64,000 nucleotides of DNA from Burkholderiales bacterium (GTDB lineage: Bacteria > Pseudomonadota > Gammaproteobacteria > Burkholderiales > JABEVD01). The notes under the pieces are model-generated. The model worked only from the letters and a program-made list of their open reading frames with translations, did no database searches and was not told the origin of the DNA. Position 1 is the first letter of the stretch. Every line of letters begins with the position of its first letter. Of the stretch, positions 63,393 to 64,000 are shown piece by piece. The position numbers and the translations under genes were made by a program. The stretch spans positions 59,350 through 123,349 of the forward strand of contig JAIELG010000005.1 of the NCBI GenBank assembly GCA_019753155.1. The letters are read 5' to 3'.

Positions 63393-64000
63393 TTATTCTA
63401 CCTGATTATCCGCAGGTTCCGATATCTTTTCCTCTTCCTGCTGTTGCAATGCCCACATGTGGGCATAGGTTCCGTTTCTGTCCAGGAGCTCCCGGTGCGA
63501 GCCCTGTTCGATGATCCTGCCTTTGTCCATGACGAGGATCCTGTCCGCATCGACTATGGTGGATAGCCTGTGCGCAATGACGAGCGTGGTGCGGTTCGCG
63601 GAGATGCGCTTGAGTTCGGTCTGGATTCCCTTTTCGGATTTCGAGTCCAGGGCGGATGTCGCTTCGTCGAAAATCAGCAGGGCGGGGGCTTTCAGTATCG
63701 TGCGCGCGATGGCGACGCGCTGCTTTTCCCCCCCGGAAAGCTTGAGTCCTCGCTCCCCGACCAGAGTTTCGTACCCTTGCGGCAGGGAGACGACGAAATC
63801 GTGGATATGCGCCATTTTCGCGGCTTCCATCACTTCGTCCGGGCTCGCGTCCAGCCTGCCGTAAGCGATGTTGTAGTAGATGCTGTCGTTGAACAGCACG
63901 GTATCCTGCGGCACGATCCCGATTGCGGAGCGCAGGCTTTTCTGGGTGACATTCCTGATGTCCTGGCCTTCTATAAGCACTCTGCCGCCATCGGCTTCGT
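63393..64000 (-). CDS. Atm1-like ABC transporter, C-terminal ATPase part (5' end outside the window)
   Basis: [49 protein letters not shown]. Confidence 0.9.
   Translation of the reverse strand, partial: EADGGRVLIEGQDIRNVTQKSLRSAIGIVPQDTVLFNDSIYYNIAYGRLDASPDEVMEAAKMAHIHDFVVSLPQGYETLVGERGLKLSGGEKQRVAIARTILKAPALLIFDEATSALDSKSEKGIQTELKRISANRTTLVIAHRLSTIVDADRILVMDKGRIIEQGSHRELLDRNGTYAHMWALQQQEEEKISEPADNQVE

Overview
Chromosomal window from a GC-rich bacterium whose core genes look betaproteobacterial. All family calls come from motif recognition, not from database searches. Core housekeeping blocks: livKHMGF, two c-type cytochromes, ilvD, lgt, tRNA-Ala(CGC); cysB, tauE, sulfite reductase, cysHDN; ribF-ileS-lspA-ispH; rsmB-like, DUF3108, purN, purM; hda, HAD, pcnB, folK, dNK, panBCD; slyD, roxA-like cupin, MBL hydrolase, bamC, dapA and an Atm1-like ABC transporter. 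Two accessory regions interrupt these. (1) A decayed island after the tRNA (~8.2-12.7 kb) holds two NERD-helicase 5' remnants flanking a frameshifted DUF4143 ATPase, a TetR-controlled gloA unit and a kinase remnant. (2) A ~19 kb region (~28.4-47.9 kb) is dominated by a 16-gene gas-vesicle locus. The structural operon is gvpA-C-N-V-F-TPR-S-K-J. Upstream lie genes for a TraB/Tiki-like protein, an NtrC-type sigma54 activator, Hsp20/GvpH, an archaeal-type CDC48/VAT unfoldase, GvpL/F, a soluble PAS histidine kinase and GvpG. Two sigma54 promoters, each with a tandem GGA-N6-TCCA enhancer pair, are visible in the sequence. An orphan frameshifted phage tailspike gene and a DUF1800/DUF1501 operon follow. 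The best candidate for a poorly described system is the sigma54-controlled gas-vesicle locus with its own proteostasis module and a GvpC-winged-helix fusion.
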